DNA from: Myxococcota bacterium | Lineage (GTDB): Bacteria; Myxococcota_A; Polyangia; Nannocystales; Nannocystaceae | Assembly (NCBI GenBank): GCA_039028615.1 | Contig: JBCCHT010000011.1 | Coordinates: 64,001-128,000 of the forward strand | Reading direction: 5' to 3' | Length of the DNA: 64,000 nt | Shown here: positions 1 through 9,638 of the stretch, one piece after another | Layout: the number at the start of each line of letters is the position of its first letter | How positions within the stretch are numbered: position 1 is the stretch's first letter | Notes under the pieces: generated by a model | What the model was told of the DNA's origin: nothing | Seen by the model: the letters and a program-made list of their open reading frames with translations, nothing else | The model's database searches: none | Program-made: the position numbers and the translations under genes

Positions 1-152
1 CCGTGATGCGACTCGCACGACTCCGACGATAGCAACTCGAGCCGAAGACGCAGTCGAGTGGATCACATCGAGGCTCCGGCCGCGAGGCACGAGCGAAGAC
101 CGCCGAGTCCGCTCTGCACCGTGCTTGGTGCGTGGTTCACCAAGCGCGATCG

Positions 153-1043
153 CTACCGTTTCGGGCGCCGCAGCCAGCGGAGGTACGCGGGGCGCAGCGC
201 GGGCACACACGAGGCGACCAAGTTGCCCAAGGTCAGCGGCACGTGGGTGAGCAACAGCCGAGGCTCGGTATACCGCGGGTTGATGCGCTTGAAGAACTCC
301 ACGTGGGGATCGTGGTCGTGCGTGTGAGACATCGAGCTGCGCACGGGGTCGCGGAAAATCGCTTCATGATGAACGAGCCGGGGCTCCCCTTCGACCGGCT
401 GCATGCCTCGCGCCTCGCTCACGGCCTGGACCAGTCGCAGCCACACGGGCGGGCACGGAAGATCGTGTCGCGGGTACATGCACGCCGCGTTGCGAGCGAG
501 CAATCGGTAGGCGGCCGGACTCGCGCACGCCACCACGAAGTGCATGCGGAGCCACGGACGCCGAATCTTCTCCCGCAGACCACCGAGCAGCAGGTGTCGA
601 GCGAGGCGTTCGTTGGCGCCCGAATACCCCTTGCGAGCAAAGGCGCCCGAGTCGAACACGTGATACGAGCGACCGTCGACCTCGATCCGCTGGGGACAGA
701 ACGACGCGAAGCCTCCGAGCTCGCCTTCGGGACCGTAGAGCAACACCAGGTGGGTCTGTTCACCGCGCCACACGATCTCGTCGGCGATCGTGGCCGCGTC
801 GAGGCCACCAAAACGCTCCTGATAGATCGAGACGAGCTTCGGCATCAACCGCTCCCATTCGGCGGCCCCGATTTGGTCGGCCCGGCGCACGACGGAGCGG
901 CGGAATCGTTTCTTGGCGCGACGGCCCGAAGCTCGGCGTGGCTCCGAGCCCGAGCGCCCCCTTTGGGAGAGGAACGACAGCGGGCGCACCCGCTCTGAGA
1001 GAGTCGCGGGCACGAAGCTCGCCTCCATTGATCCATACGTCAT
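153..1043 (-). CDS. Hypothetical protein, probable GNAT-like acyltransferase fold
   Basis: GC3-rich ORF. LGGFASF...FDSGAFARKGYSG resembles a GNAT beta4/acyl-CoA loop. True start uncertain and may be further downstream. Confidence 0.55.
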   Translation of the reverse strand: MTYGSMEASFVPATLSERVRPLSFLSQRGRSGSEPRRASGRRAKKRFRRSVVRRADQIGAAEWERLMPKLVSIYQERFGGLDAATIADEIVWRGEQTHLVLLYGPEGELGGFASFCPQRIEVDGRSYHVFDSGAFARKGYSGANERLARHLLLGGLREKIRRPWLRMHFVVACASPAAYRLLARNAACMYPRHDLPCPPVWLRLVQAVSEARGMQPVEGEPRLVHHEAIFRDPVRSSMSHTHDHDPHVEFFKRINPRYTEPRLLLTHVPLTLGNLVASCVPALRPAYLRWLRRPKR

Positions 1044-1578
1044 CGCTGCCTCCTCCTCGGATCGAGCCCATCAACGACGGCCGATTGGCGACGGGTCGCC
1101 ACGACCCAATCGCATGCCGTCGGGGGCCTTCATTGCCCCGCCCATCCGATTGATCCGAGTGTGTATTGGACTCAGCAAGCACGCCACTGAATTCGACAGT
1201 TTCGAGTACGAATATATGAATCGCAAAGTAACCCACTGTCACACGGGACGACTCGGACAGTTCGGACGATTCTGACACCGAGCGAATCGCATCATCCTCG
1301 CCGAGGTGCTCGAGTGGTGGGACGTCGAATCCGAGGCATGAACGGCGTCTCTGGTCCATCTCGCTGAAAACAGCGCGTAAGGCGGCCCTATCACCGCGAT
1401 CACGGCTCGAGCTGACCGTCCGTGGACACCCCGGACGGTTCGGACGGTTCGGACGAACATCGAGAAAGTGGGGCGACTCGGCCCGAGCGCGAACTCGATC
1501 GACGCATGTCATCGAATCGTCGATCGATGTGTCGTCGTTGTGGCCGCGACCCGAAACCCATGCCAGTATCCGGAGCAA

Positions 1579-3039
1579 GTGGCAAAGCGCATCGACGACC
1601 TGCCCATGCCCAGTCGCCCCGTGCCGTGGCTCGGTCATGCGCCCGAGTTCCGCAAGGACCCCTTGGCCATGCTGCGTGGGTTCGCCAATCTTCGGCAGGA
1701 CCTGCTGCGGATACGGCTCTTCGGCAACGACCGCGTAGTCGTGGCCGGGCCCGCCATGGCCCACGAGGTGCTCGTGCGGCAGGCGTCCGCATTCCACAAG
1801 ACCCCCGTCGTACGGAGCGCTCTTCACCCGCTCGCGGGCGAAGGCTTGTTCACCAGCGAGGGCGAGCTATGGCGAACCCAACGCAAGCTCATGGCGCCCC
1901 TATTCCAGCCCCGAGCGCTCCGCGGCTACACGGTGGACATGGCCCGGTGCGCCGATCGATGCGTGGATGGCTGGCGGGACGGCGACTCGCTCGACCTGGC
2001 CCGAGAGACCATGAGCATCGCCATGGCCGTCGCGGGCAAGACCCTCTTCGGCGCCGACGTCTTCGGCGAGGCCGACGATCTGGGCCGGGCGCTCACCACC
2101 GCCCTGTCGTGGGTCAACGAGCGCGCCCTGTCGCCGCTGAACAACCTGCAGGTGCAGGCCCGGACCTTCGTCATGCGGCTCGCCCACCGTGCCTCCGGAG
2201 CGGGGCTCGCTTCGTTGTCCCGGAGGCTCCACCGCACCTCCGAGGCCATGATCCCGCCGCTCATCCTTCCCGGTCGAGACGCGCGATCATTGCGCTCAGC
2301 CATCGACGTCCTCGACGAACGAGTCGATCAGATGATCGCCGACCGCCGTTCCGCCCCGCACGCGAGCCCGGATCTTCTCAGCCGACTGCTCGAGGCTCGC
2401 GACGACACCGACGGCCGGACCATGACCGACAAGCAGGTGCGCGACGAGATCCTCACCTTGTTCGTCGCGGGCCACGAGACCACCGCTTCCGCGCTGGCCT
2501 GGTCCGTCTACTTGCTGCTTCGCAACCCGGCGGCCTATCGCCGCGCCCAGGCCGAGGCGGACGCCGTCACTGGCTCGAGCATCGGCTACGACGACCTTCC
2601 CTCCCTCGGGTATTGCCTCCGCGTGTTCAAGGAAGCGCTTCGCATGTACCCGCCGCTCTACGTCTTCGGGCGGCAATCCACGACGCCCGTGCAGCTGGGA
2701 GGCTACGAGTTCCCCCGCGGAACCGTGGTGGTGGTCAGCCCATACACCATGCACTACCGGGCCGACGTGTGGCCGGAGCCCGACCGCTTCGACCCCGATC
2801 GCTTCCTGCCCGACGCCGAGAAACAGCGGCCGCGAGGAGCGTACCTCCCCCTGAGCGCAGGCCCCCGCACGTGTATCGGCAACTTCTTTGCGTTGATGGA
2901 GGGCCCCATCGTGCTGGCGTCGCTGCTGCGCCGAGTGACCTTCGAGCTCGCGACGGATCGGCCGGTGGCTGCGACCGCGTTGGCAACGCTACGGCCCGAA
3001 GGCGGGCTGCCCGTGCGGGTGAAGCTGCGCGCCGCATGA
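1579..3039 (+). CDS. Cytochrome P450
   Basis: I-helix AGHETT, K-helix EALR (ExxR), PDRF, heme motif LSAGPRTCIG. GTG start at 1579 follows GGAG. Confidence 0.95.
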   Translation: MAKRIDDLPMPSRPVPWLGHAPEFRKDPLAMLRGFANLRQDLLRIRLFGNDRVVVAGPAMAHEVLVRQASAFHKTPVVRSALHPLAGEGLFTSEGELWRTQRKLMAPLFQPRALRGYTVDMARCADRCVDGWRDGDSLDLARETMSIAMAVAGKTLFGADVFGEADDLGRALTTALSWVNERALSPLNNLQVQARTFVMRLAHRASGAGLASLSRRLHRTSEAMIPPLILPGRDARSLRSAIDVLDERVDQMIADRRSAPHASPDLLSRLLEARDDTDGRTMTDKQVRDEILTLFVAGHETTASALAWSVYLLLRNPAAYRRAQAEADAVTGSSIGYDDLPSLGYCLRVFKEALRMYPPLYVFGRQSTTPVQLGGYEFPRGTVVVVSPYTMHYRADVWPEPDRFDPDRFLPDAEKQRPRGAYLPLSAGPRTCIGNFFALMEGPIVLASLLRRVTFELATDRPVAATALATLRPEGGLPVRVKLRAA

Positions 3040-3076
3040 AGCGAGTCCCGCTATGCCATCGAGGCCGATCTGGGCC

Positions 3077-3736
3077 CTAGGAGTTCGGCATGACCGCGTC
3101 GAAGCACCGGGCCGCGATGTCCTGAAACAGATTCTGTTCGCGAGGATCGGACGCGAGCTCCAGCGCATCATCGAGGGCGGACACGAACCTCGGCTCAGGC
3201 ACCACAGAGATGGCGATCGCAGCCGCGAAGCGTATCTTCGCATCCGGCGAGCGCAGGCCCTCTTCGAACAGTCGAGCCGCCTCCGGGGAGACCTTTCCCG
3301 GCGTGGCGAGGGCGACGTTGAGCAGCACCCCCGGGGAACCCAGCCCAGACTCTCTCGCGTGTGCGATGAGCTCCGAGATTTCCCAGAAGGTCATCCGTTC
3401 AGAGATGGCTTGGCCGATGTCCCAGCAGGTCTGAGCGTCGGGGCCCTTGATCTCGAGGTAGCGCGACGCCGCGGCATCATCCTGAATGACCCGCAAACGA
3501 GTATTTCGTTTTTCAGTCTCGGAGAAGGTGAAGAGTCGTCCGCCGTCGTCGCGTTCTTGGACTCCGCGGTATTGGTAACGAAGGCCGAGTCGCTCGTGAA
3601 GCGCCTCCGTCGCATGAAGAACCTCGTCGATCAATGCCTGATCCGACTGCGTCGTCCGCAGCACATGGCACATCGTCCATTCCGCGCCGAGGAAGTACTC
3701 GTCTACGGTGGGAGGCGTTTGTTTTTGATCGGTCAA
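3077..3736 (-). CDS. Hypothetical protein with a C-terminal HEAT-like repeat
   Basis: TTG start preceded by GGAGG. LFEEGLRSPDAKIRFAAAIAIS is HEAT-like. Lower GC than the core genes. Confidence 0.65.
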   Translation of the reverse strand: MTDQKQTPPTVDEYFLGAEWTMCHVLRTTQSDQALIDEVLHATEALHERLGLRYQYRGVQERDDGGRLFTFSETEKRNTRLRVIQDDAAASRYLEIKGPDAQTCWDIGQAISERMTFWEISELIAHARESGLGSPGVLLNVALATPGKVSPEAARLFEEGLRSPDAKIRFAAAIAISVVPEPRFVSALDDALELASDPREQNLFQDIAARCFDAVMPNS

Positions 3737-3823
3737 GGTTCCCTCCGGTCCAACGCCGACAGGGGCAGTCCGGTCGTCGACGGACACCGCTAACATCCCG
3801 CTTGGACGCAGGCAAGGTCCTGC

Positions 3824-4245
3824 TCATGTCGTCGCCGTCTCGAGCGATGGCTCCTCGACGCCCGCCCAGCCCACGTTGCGGTGCAGCCGTAGCGCGAAGC
3901 GAAGCTGTCCGCCGACCACGGCTCGGTGGAAGGCCTCCGCGGCCCGACCGGCCACATCCTCGGCCATGTAGTGCACCGAGGACGACGTGCGCCCATATGC
4001 ACGCTGTGCCCAAGCGAGCCCAGCAGGCGCGCCCGATGTCCGGCGCCGCGAACCTGCGTCGGATCGATCCACGGCGCGAGGAAACGCGGCTCGTTGCCGT
4101 ACTCGACGATCCCCGCGAAGTCCCAGGTCCCGATCGCGCGACCGGTCCGCCAGTGCTCGAGCAACGCGGCGGTTCGGACCTGAGCACCGAGGAACATCCG
4201 CGCCCCGATGCCCCACGTCGCGACGCCGTCGATCTGCAGGTGCAC
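3824..4245 (-). pseudogene. Possible frameshifted hypothetical gene
   Basis: GC3-rich codons run in one frame (VHLQIDG...RARLL) and continue in another frame near 4015 (LAWAQRAYG...ETATT*). Confidence 0.3.
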
Positions 4246-4527
4246 GCGTCTGGTGACCGACCCGTCCTCCCGGACATGCGCTGTCGATCGTGTGCGGAGC
4301 ACCTGCTGGCTCGCGCCCCGGTGGTTCGTTCGATCGAGCCTTTCGGCGTTGGACCAGCACCACGCCGTCGGCGTTCCGCAAGCAATCTCGAGCCCAGGAC
4401 TGAGGGAGCCTCTCAACCGAAGCCCAGGGCGATCGACACCGACCGTGCGTGTTCGGCCTCCAGACTGGAGCCAACGCTCCGTTCGTTCGTCCCTTCCGAG
4501 CGCAGACCGGGCGGTGTCTGTGCTTAG

Positions 4528-4833
4528 ATGTCGGTCGTGAAGTCCGTCCTCCCATCGCCCTTCGTCGTCGCGCTCGCGCTCGTCTCGCTGGCGGGGTGCG
4601 GCAGTCAGAGTCCCAAGACCGTCTGCGACAAGCTCTACGCGCTCGCAGCGGACGAGTTCATCGAAGAGGGAGAGGGGCCGGACGAGATGCTCTGCCTCGA
4701 GACGGTCACGGAGCTCAAAGAGGACGTCTCCAAGGAAGAGTACGAGAAGTTCGCCGCCTGCGTGCTCGAGACCGACGACTATGAGGTCGCGCGATTCGGG
4801 TGTTGGCCAGAGTCCTACACCGAGGATGACTGA
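4528..4833 (+). CDS. Small acidic Cys-containing lipoprotein
   Basis: Signal peptide with lipobox LAGC; four further Cys. Confidence 0.8.
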   Translation: MSVVKSVLPSPFVVALALVSLAGCGSQSPKTVCDKLYALAADEFIEEGEGPDEMLCLETVTELKEDVSKEEYEKFAACVLETDDYEVARFGCWPESYTEDD

Positions 4834-4847
4834 GGACCGCGGCTCGA

Positions 4848-5774
4848 TCAGTCCGTGCGCTGGGCTTTTTCTCGGCTCGCCGCGTTCTCCAGGAACCGCT
4901 GCATCACTCGCTTCAGGGCGATGAGGACCACCATGATGAGGACCGCGGACCCGAGGGTCAGCCACCACTGGGAAGACAGGAACAGGGCCCCGATAAAGCC
5001 CAGCACCACCGCCACCGTGAGCACAGGGAAGAGGTAGAAGAACACGTTGAAGGCGAGGACCGCCACCCGAGTCTGGGCCTTGTCGTTGACGTGCGGCCAG
5101 GGGCGCGCTGGCATCGGGACCTGCAGGGCGCCGCAGACCTTCTCGTACGCGTCGCCGTAGGGGTTCTCGAGCACCATCAATCGCTCTGCAGGCACCGTGG
5201 CCTCCACCCTCTCGAGCCACCGCTCAAAGCTCGCCTCGATGCGCTCGGCCTCGGCTTCGGATTCGAAGTGGAACAGCTCGCCGTCCATCGCCACGGGCTC
5301 GCCCCATTGCCGCGTCATCGGGATGATGGCCCCGGGCAGCCCCAGCATCCCCACCACCGGGAGCCGATAGAGGAGTCGGTTCGCCGGGCCGAAGAGGGAG
5401 ACCCCCGGGGCCCTCGACAAGCGGAGGATGCCGTAGACGATCTCGGCCATCGAGGCCCGCCAACGCGCGGCATCCCGCTTGGTCAACATCACCGTGGCGT
5501 CGGGATAGAGCGCCATCAGGTCTTCGTACACGAAGCACGCAGGCGCATCACAGCAGGCCACGTAGCCATCGAAGATGCGCTCCAGCAGCTCCATGCGCCG
5601 CGGATCCCCGCTCGGGAGCCCTCCGAGCTCGATCCACATCTCGAGATCACCGCGGCCCTTCGCCGCGTTCTCGAACAGGGTCTTCATGTGGTAGCAGGGC
5701 GCGCCCAGGTCGTTGAGCGCGGCGTACAGGCTCATCGTCCCCGTGCGTGGAAGTGCAGCACCGATCAGCTTCAC
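4848..5774 (-). CDS. Sulfotransferase-family (P-loop) protein with two C-terminal TM helices
   Basis: KLIGAALPRTGTMSLYAAL..LGAPCYHM, CDAP, YPDATVMLTKRD..W..S, WPHVN. GTG start after GGAGG. Confidence 0.85.
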   Translation of the reverse strand: MKLIGAALPRTGTMSLYAALNDLGAPCYHMKTLFENAAKGRGDLEMWIELGGLPSGDPRRMELLERIFDGYVACCDAPACFVYEDLMALYPDATVMLTKRDAARWRASMAEIVYGILRLSRAPGVSLFGPANRLLYRLPVVGMLGLPGAIIPMTRQWGEPVAMDGELFHFESEAEAERIEASFERWLERVEATVPAERLMVLENPYGDAYEKVCGALQVPMPARPWPHVNDKAQTRVAVLAFNVFFYLFPVLTVAVVLGFIGALFLSSQWWLTLGSAVLIMVVLIALKRVMQRFLENAASREKAQRTD

Positions 5775-5856
5775 AGCAGGCCCTCCCGGCCGGTGGCGAT
5801 CGTACACCGAAACCCCGGACGGGGGCGGGAGTGTGCTCGGGCGGCAGCTCAGGGAT

Positions 5857-6276
5857 TCACGCCGTGCTCGTAGGGTGTGTGCTGCAGCCGTATTGGGGAC
5901 ATCCGTACCCAAAGCCCCTCGGAGTCACCCGGCTGCAATTCGAGCAACGGACCTTCCTCGGCTGTTGAATGACGTACTCATCGCCCAGAAAGACCTCCGC
6001 AATGAAAGACTTGGCATGCCCGGCGTCTACAATGCCCGTCAGCACGAAGTCGTAGAACGTCAGCGTTCGACCGCAGGGGCACGTGTACTTGGCAAGGTAG
6101 TGATCATCGTCGGCGAGGGCTCCCGGCTTCAGATCGAGCAGCCGCTCTGTCTTCGCCCTTTCTTCCGCATCAGACTTCGTGAACCTCTCGGGGTCCTCGA
6201 GTTCCGACTTTGGTACCGTTCGGTCTTTGAATTCCTGTTCGGTGATCGATGAGATGGCGTAGCGTTTGTCTTCCAT
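5857..6276 (-). CDS. Hypothetical zinc-ribbon-like protein
   Basis: GGAGG RBS; CPC, CSNC and CPQYGC motifs; lower GC. Confidence 0.7.
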   Translation of the reverse strand: MEDKRYAISSITEQEFKDRTVPKSELEDPERFTKSDAEERAKTERLLDLKPGALADDDHYLAKYTCPCGRTLTFYDFVLTGIVDAGHAKSFIAEVFLGDEYVIQQPRKVRCSNCSRVTPRGFGYGCPQYGCSTHPTSTA

Positions 6277-6594
6277 GGCCTGGCAGTTCCTCCGCCCCCC
6301 AAACGTGACCTGGTCGGGCGAAACAACGCCGTTATCGGGATGTAGGTCGACAATGGCGCGCAGGCTCGGAAAAACCGATGCTTGCCCGAAACGCCGACAT
6401 GGAACTCGGCGAGGACCCCAATCTAGTGCCCCATACTCGGTCGCGCCCGGCCGCCTCCTGGAAGACTCCAGTCACATCGAAAACTAGCCGCCATCCCCGT
6501 CGCTCGGGGGGGTCGCAGATCGAAGGCTCGCACCGAGATCGAGCGCGTGCGATCAAAATGGTCGAAGAGGCCGTGCGCGTCTATCGAACCATGC

Positions 6595-6894
6595 CTAGTT
6601 GTCGGGCATGCAAGTGTACAGGTCGTCGCCGTTGTGCCAGCAAGACTCGTCGGCGTCGCACTCCATGAGCACGACCCACCGGTAGTCCGTCAACGACGAG
6701 CAAAACAAGATGTTCTCCAGGGCGTCGTCACAGGTCATGAGGCCCTCCCTGGGATCGATGCCCCGACACGAATCCCCTGGAACCACGCCGTCGGTATCCC
6801 GCGGGTCTCGCTTCTCACACGAGCAGCTGAATCGGCCGCCGACCAACAAGGCAAGCGCTGCCCCGAGAGCAAAGCGGGCGTACCGTCGCTTCAT
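6595..6894 (-). CDS. Small secreted or lipid-anchored Cys-rich protein
   Basis: MKRRYARFALGAALALLV signal followed by multiple Cys. Confidence 0.65.
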   Translation of the reverse strand: MKRRYARFALGAALALLVGGRFSCSCEKRDPRDTDGVVPGDSCRGIDPREGLMTCDDALENILFCSSLTDYRWVVLMECDADESCWHNGDDLYTCMPDN

Positions 6895-6999
6895 GCCCGA
6901 GAGCATACCGCACGGGGGCACGCGAAGTCCCGCCCCGGCGACAGTCGCTCGCCTTCGTTCGACGCGAGAGCGGTGAACGGATGTGTCCTGCTGCGGCCG

Positions 7000-7347
7000 T
7001 CAGCTCACGAGTACGAAGAGCACCGCGACGAAGGCGGGGAAGGCCACGAGTACACCGACCGTGGGCACGACCCACGGCCTCCGCTGACGAAATGCCGAGA
7101 ACCCGGGCGTATCCCAACTTCGGCTGGCGCCATACAGCGCGACGCCCAGCGCGGCAAACAAGCCTACGTACGGCCAGCCCTGCGGCAGAGGAACCCCGCC
7201 GTCGACGCCATTGGCGCTGATTTGGAAGCCCTGCCCGGTCGTGGTCGCGATCATCACCGCCACGGCGAACAGACCCGCGAACCCTGCGAGTCCGAACAGC
7301 ATCAAGCTCATGAACGAGGCCGGGCCCTGGCGCGTGGCGGTCATCAA
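7000..7347 (-). CDS. Small membrane protein (about 3 TM helices)
   Basis: Three hydrophobic segments. Confidence 0.6.
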   Translation of the reverse strand: MMTATRQGPASFMSLMLFGLAGFAGLFAVAVMIATTTGQGFQISANGVDGGVPLPQGWPYVGLFAALGVALYGASRSWDTPGFSAFRQRRPWVVPTVGVLVAFPAFVAVLFVLVS

Positions 7348-7530
7348 TGCGATCGACGAGCGCCATGCTTCGCAGTTGCACGCGTTGTTGGCTGCGGGCC
7401 TACGATCTCCGCAAACTGCAGTGAACCCCAGACCTACCTCGCTCTAGAGTAAGCCGCCCTCACGATCGCCCGAGACCCCGCGGGAGCACGGTAGTCTCGT
7501 GCAGCCATACTCGTGGCGAATGCCCGGCGT

Positions 7531-7860
7531 TCAGAGGTCGCCCTCGGACTCTCCATCCGTCGAGTACCCAGCCCTTGTTGCGTCGTACGTGGGCTCCCCC
7601 AAGACATCTCCTCGCACGGGGACCGTGACGAAAAAATCTCGACCGCACTGGCCACACTCGTCGTAGGCGGCGAGGTCTGCCGTCCCGTTGGGAGGGCGTC
7701 CACCGTTCTGGGGTTCCTTTCGCGGCACCCAAACGTACTTCGCCCCGGGCTTGAACCTCAGCTGGTTTCGCAGGCCTGCCCGTAGCTCGAACTCAAACTC
7801 TCCGTCGTAGCCGCACAACGGACAGCGAAAGGTCGTATCCAGGTAGTTGACTGCTCCCAT
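7531..7860 (-). CDS. Hypothetical zinc-ribbon protein
   Basis: CPLC ... CGQC pair. Confidence 0.7.
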   Translation of the reverse strand: MGAVNYLDTTFRCPLCGYDGEFEFELRAGLRNQLRFKPGAKYVWVPRKEPQNGGRPPNGTADLAAYDECGQCGRDFFVTVPVRGDVLGEPTYDATRAGYSTDGESEGDL

Positions 7861-7976
7861 GACGGTCTCGCGCTCGGAATCTTGCTCGGCGGTGGTGGCC
7901 TCAGCCGAGCCGGTTGGCGCGCGAGCAGGATTTTGGCACGCAGTCGCCCGACGAGTGAGTCACGGCCACTCTCGAA

Positions 7977-8246
7977 GTGGCAGTGTCGGACACCGCACAG
8001 CGCAAGGCAGGCCTCCCTGCCTGCGGCCCGCACATCCTGCGGCCTACGTTCTGCTCGTACCTCGCCACGCGAGGCGAACCCGGCCGAGTCATCCAAGAAC
8101 TCGCCGGCCACAGCAGCATCGTGGTCACCGAGCGATACATGCACCTCGCTCCGGCGGCCAAACGAAACGCGGTCGAGCGACTCGCTCGACCGTCGAATTG
8201 GAGACATTCTGGAGACGGCCACGAACGCGTGGCCCAACTCCAATGA
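7977..8246 (+). pseudogene. C-terminal remnant of a tyrosine recombinase/phage integrase
   Basis: GPHILRPTFCSYLA...IQELAGHSSIVVTERYMHL is box II (HxLR, GH, catalytic Y). The N-terminal ~250 aa are missing. Confidence 0.85.
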
Positions 8247-8274
8247 TCTCGGAGGCTCATAGCCTCAATCGCCG

Positions 8275-8844
8275 CTAGAAGTAGTAGCGAATCTTGAACG
8301 AGAAGTCCCCGTGCGGCAGATCGGGGTACACCAGGTACGGCGCCCACGAGCCTTCGACCATGGTGTCCAGCGGCACGGTCTTCCAGTGAAAACCCAGGCC
8401 GAGGATCGGCAGTCGCATGAACATGCCGACGCCACCGCCCCCGCGATAGCGGTCGTCGTAGTGCCGCCCGTGGTAGTAGCCGCGCCCCGCCCAGAAGGCC
8501 ATGCCGAGGCCGATGCCGAGGTAGGGCAGGAAGTCCATGGTGCTGTTGGAGACGAAGGTGCCCGGGTGCCAGAGGTAGTCGACGCCGAGGCGGCCGTGGC
8601 CGTGGTGGAAGGGGGCCCAACCCAGGTCAGCCTGGATGGCGTGGTTGGGGGCCATGAAATACTTGAGCGAAGCACCCATGGGGCCGCCGAGGCTGAGGCC
8701 GACGCCCAGGTTGCCGCCCTTGCCGCGGATCTTGTTGCCCGGGGTGGGCGCTGCTTCGGCGTCGGTGCTGATGCCCACCGTCGCCAGGCCGATGCCCGCC
8801 GCCAGGGTGTAGCCGAACCACTTGCCTCGTGTGCTTGCCTTCAT
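8275..8844 (-). CDS. Small outer-membrane beta-barrel protein (DUF3996-like)
   Basis: Signal peptide, LGVGLSLGGPMGASLKYF, alternating beta strands, C-terminal RYYF; GGAGG RBS. Confidence 0.8.
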   Translation of the reverse strand: MKASTRGKWFGYTLAAGIGLATVGISTDAEAAPTPGNKIRGKGGNLGVGLSLGGPMGASLKYFMAPNHAIQADLGWAPFHHGHGRLGVDYLWHPGTFVSNSTMDFLPYLGIGLGMAFWAGRGYYHGRHYDDRYRGGGGVGMFMRLPILGLGFHWKTVPLDTMVEGSWAPYLVYPDLPHGDFSFKIRYYF

Positions 8845-9011
8845 TGCCGTCCTCCCACGTGCGCGGGTCGATAGGCGACGCCGCTGGGATCGTCGAGACG
8901 ATCGGCGAGGACCATCCATGCATTCGGAGGACAGGTCAATCGACACAGCGCGATTCGAAGCACAGAGGGGACGGGGTTCCGCAGGGCTGCTGGACACTTC
9001 GATGATTGTAG

Positions 9012-9638
9012 TCAAAAAGCGTGGTGCAGCTCGATCCGCCAGTGTTCGGGGCGATCGGCTGCATCGGCGGGCACGGTTTCGACTGTGGGCCGTCCTACGT
9101 CTGCGGCACGAGCAAGAGCAATGGCGGTCTCCAGCATGGGGCGAGGCCTGAGTTCGGGCCGCGCTCGCAAGGCACTGCGCCTCAACTGAGGCACTTCGAG
9201 TCGAAGTTCGTTTTTCGCCGAGGGTGTACGGGCGAGCAACAGCGCAGCTGCCGACGCTTCGTTGTGGGGGGGAGTCGCATCCTGAGAAAAAATCACGAGC
9301 ACGCGGTCGTGATCGGCGAGCAACCCCATCGCCTCGAGCAAGGTCATGGCGAGCGTGGCGGCGCCGGCATGAACGACTCCTACCGCCAAGCCCGGCGCGA
9401 CAATTCGACGGAGCGCCGAGCCGGGGCCGAGCACGATCTTCGATCCCACCGGAACACCTACGACCCACGGGAGCTCGGCGAGCGAGTCTGCGGTCCGTTC
9501 GACGAGCGAGCCGAGCACGTGGGCGAGCGCCCGAGTGGAGAGATCGGCGGCGAGACGTTCGGCGCGTGGCAGCAGCTCGGCAACCGGCGGACCCGAGTCC
9601 GCGTCCCACCAGGCGGCGGCCTGGATGTGGGCCGGCAT
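9012..9638 (-). CDS. Degenerate beta-ketoacyl synthase chain-length-factor-like protein
   Basis: AGAATLAMTLLEAMGLL...VLVIFSQDATPP...AAALLL resembles the ApeC/Ketoacyl-synt_2 core. Start overlaps the upstream stop (TGATG). Confidence 0.65.
   Translation of the reverse strand: MPAHIQAAAWWDADSGPPVAELLPRAERLAADLSTRALAHVLGSLVERTADSLAELPWVVGVPVGSKIVLGPGSALRRIVAPGLAVGVVHAGAATLAMTLLEAMGLLADHDRVLVIFSQDATPPHNEASAAALLLARTPSAKNELRLEVPQLRRSALRARPELRPRPMLETAIALARAADVGRPTVETVPADAADRPEHWRIELHHAF

Noticed and set aside
6378..6600. Possible remnant of a kinase-TPR C-terminus (RDRARAIKMVEEAVRVYR)
   Set aside because: Too short and broken to support by eye.
7934..7950. Sigma-54 promoter-like TGGCACG (also near 23642 and 25144)
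   Set aside because: No correctly spaced -12 TGC element.
3077..8246. Bona fide integron
   Set aside because: The integrase is only a C-terminal phage-type fragment, and no complete attC or attI site was found.
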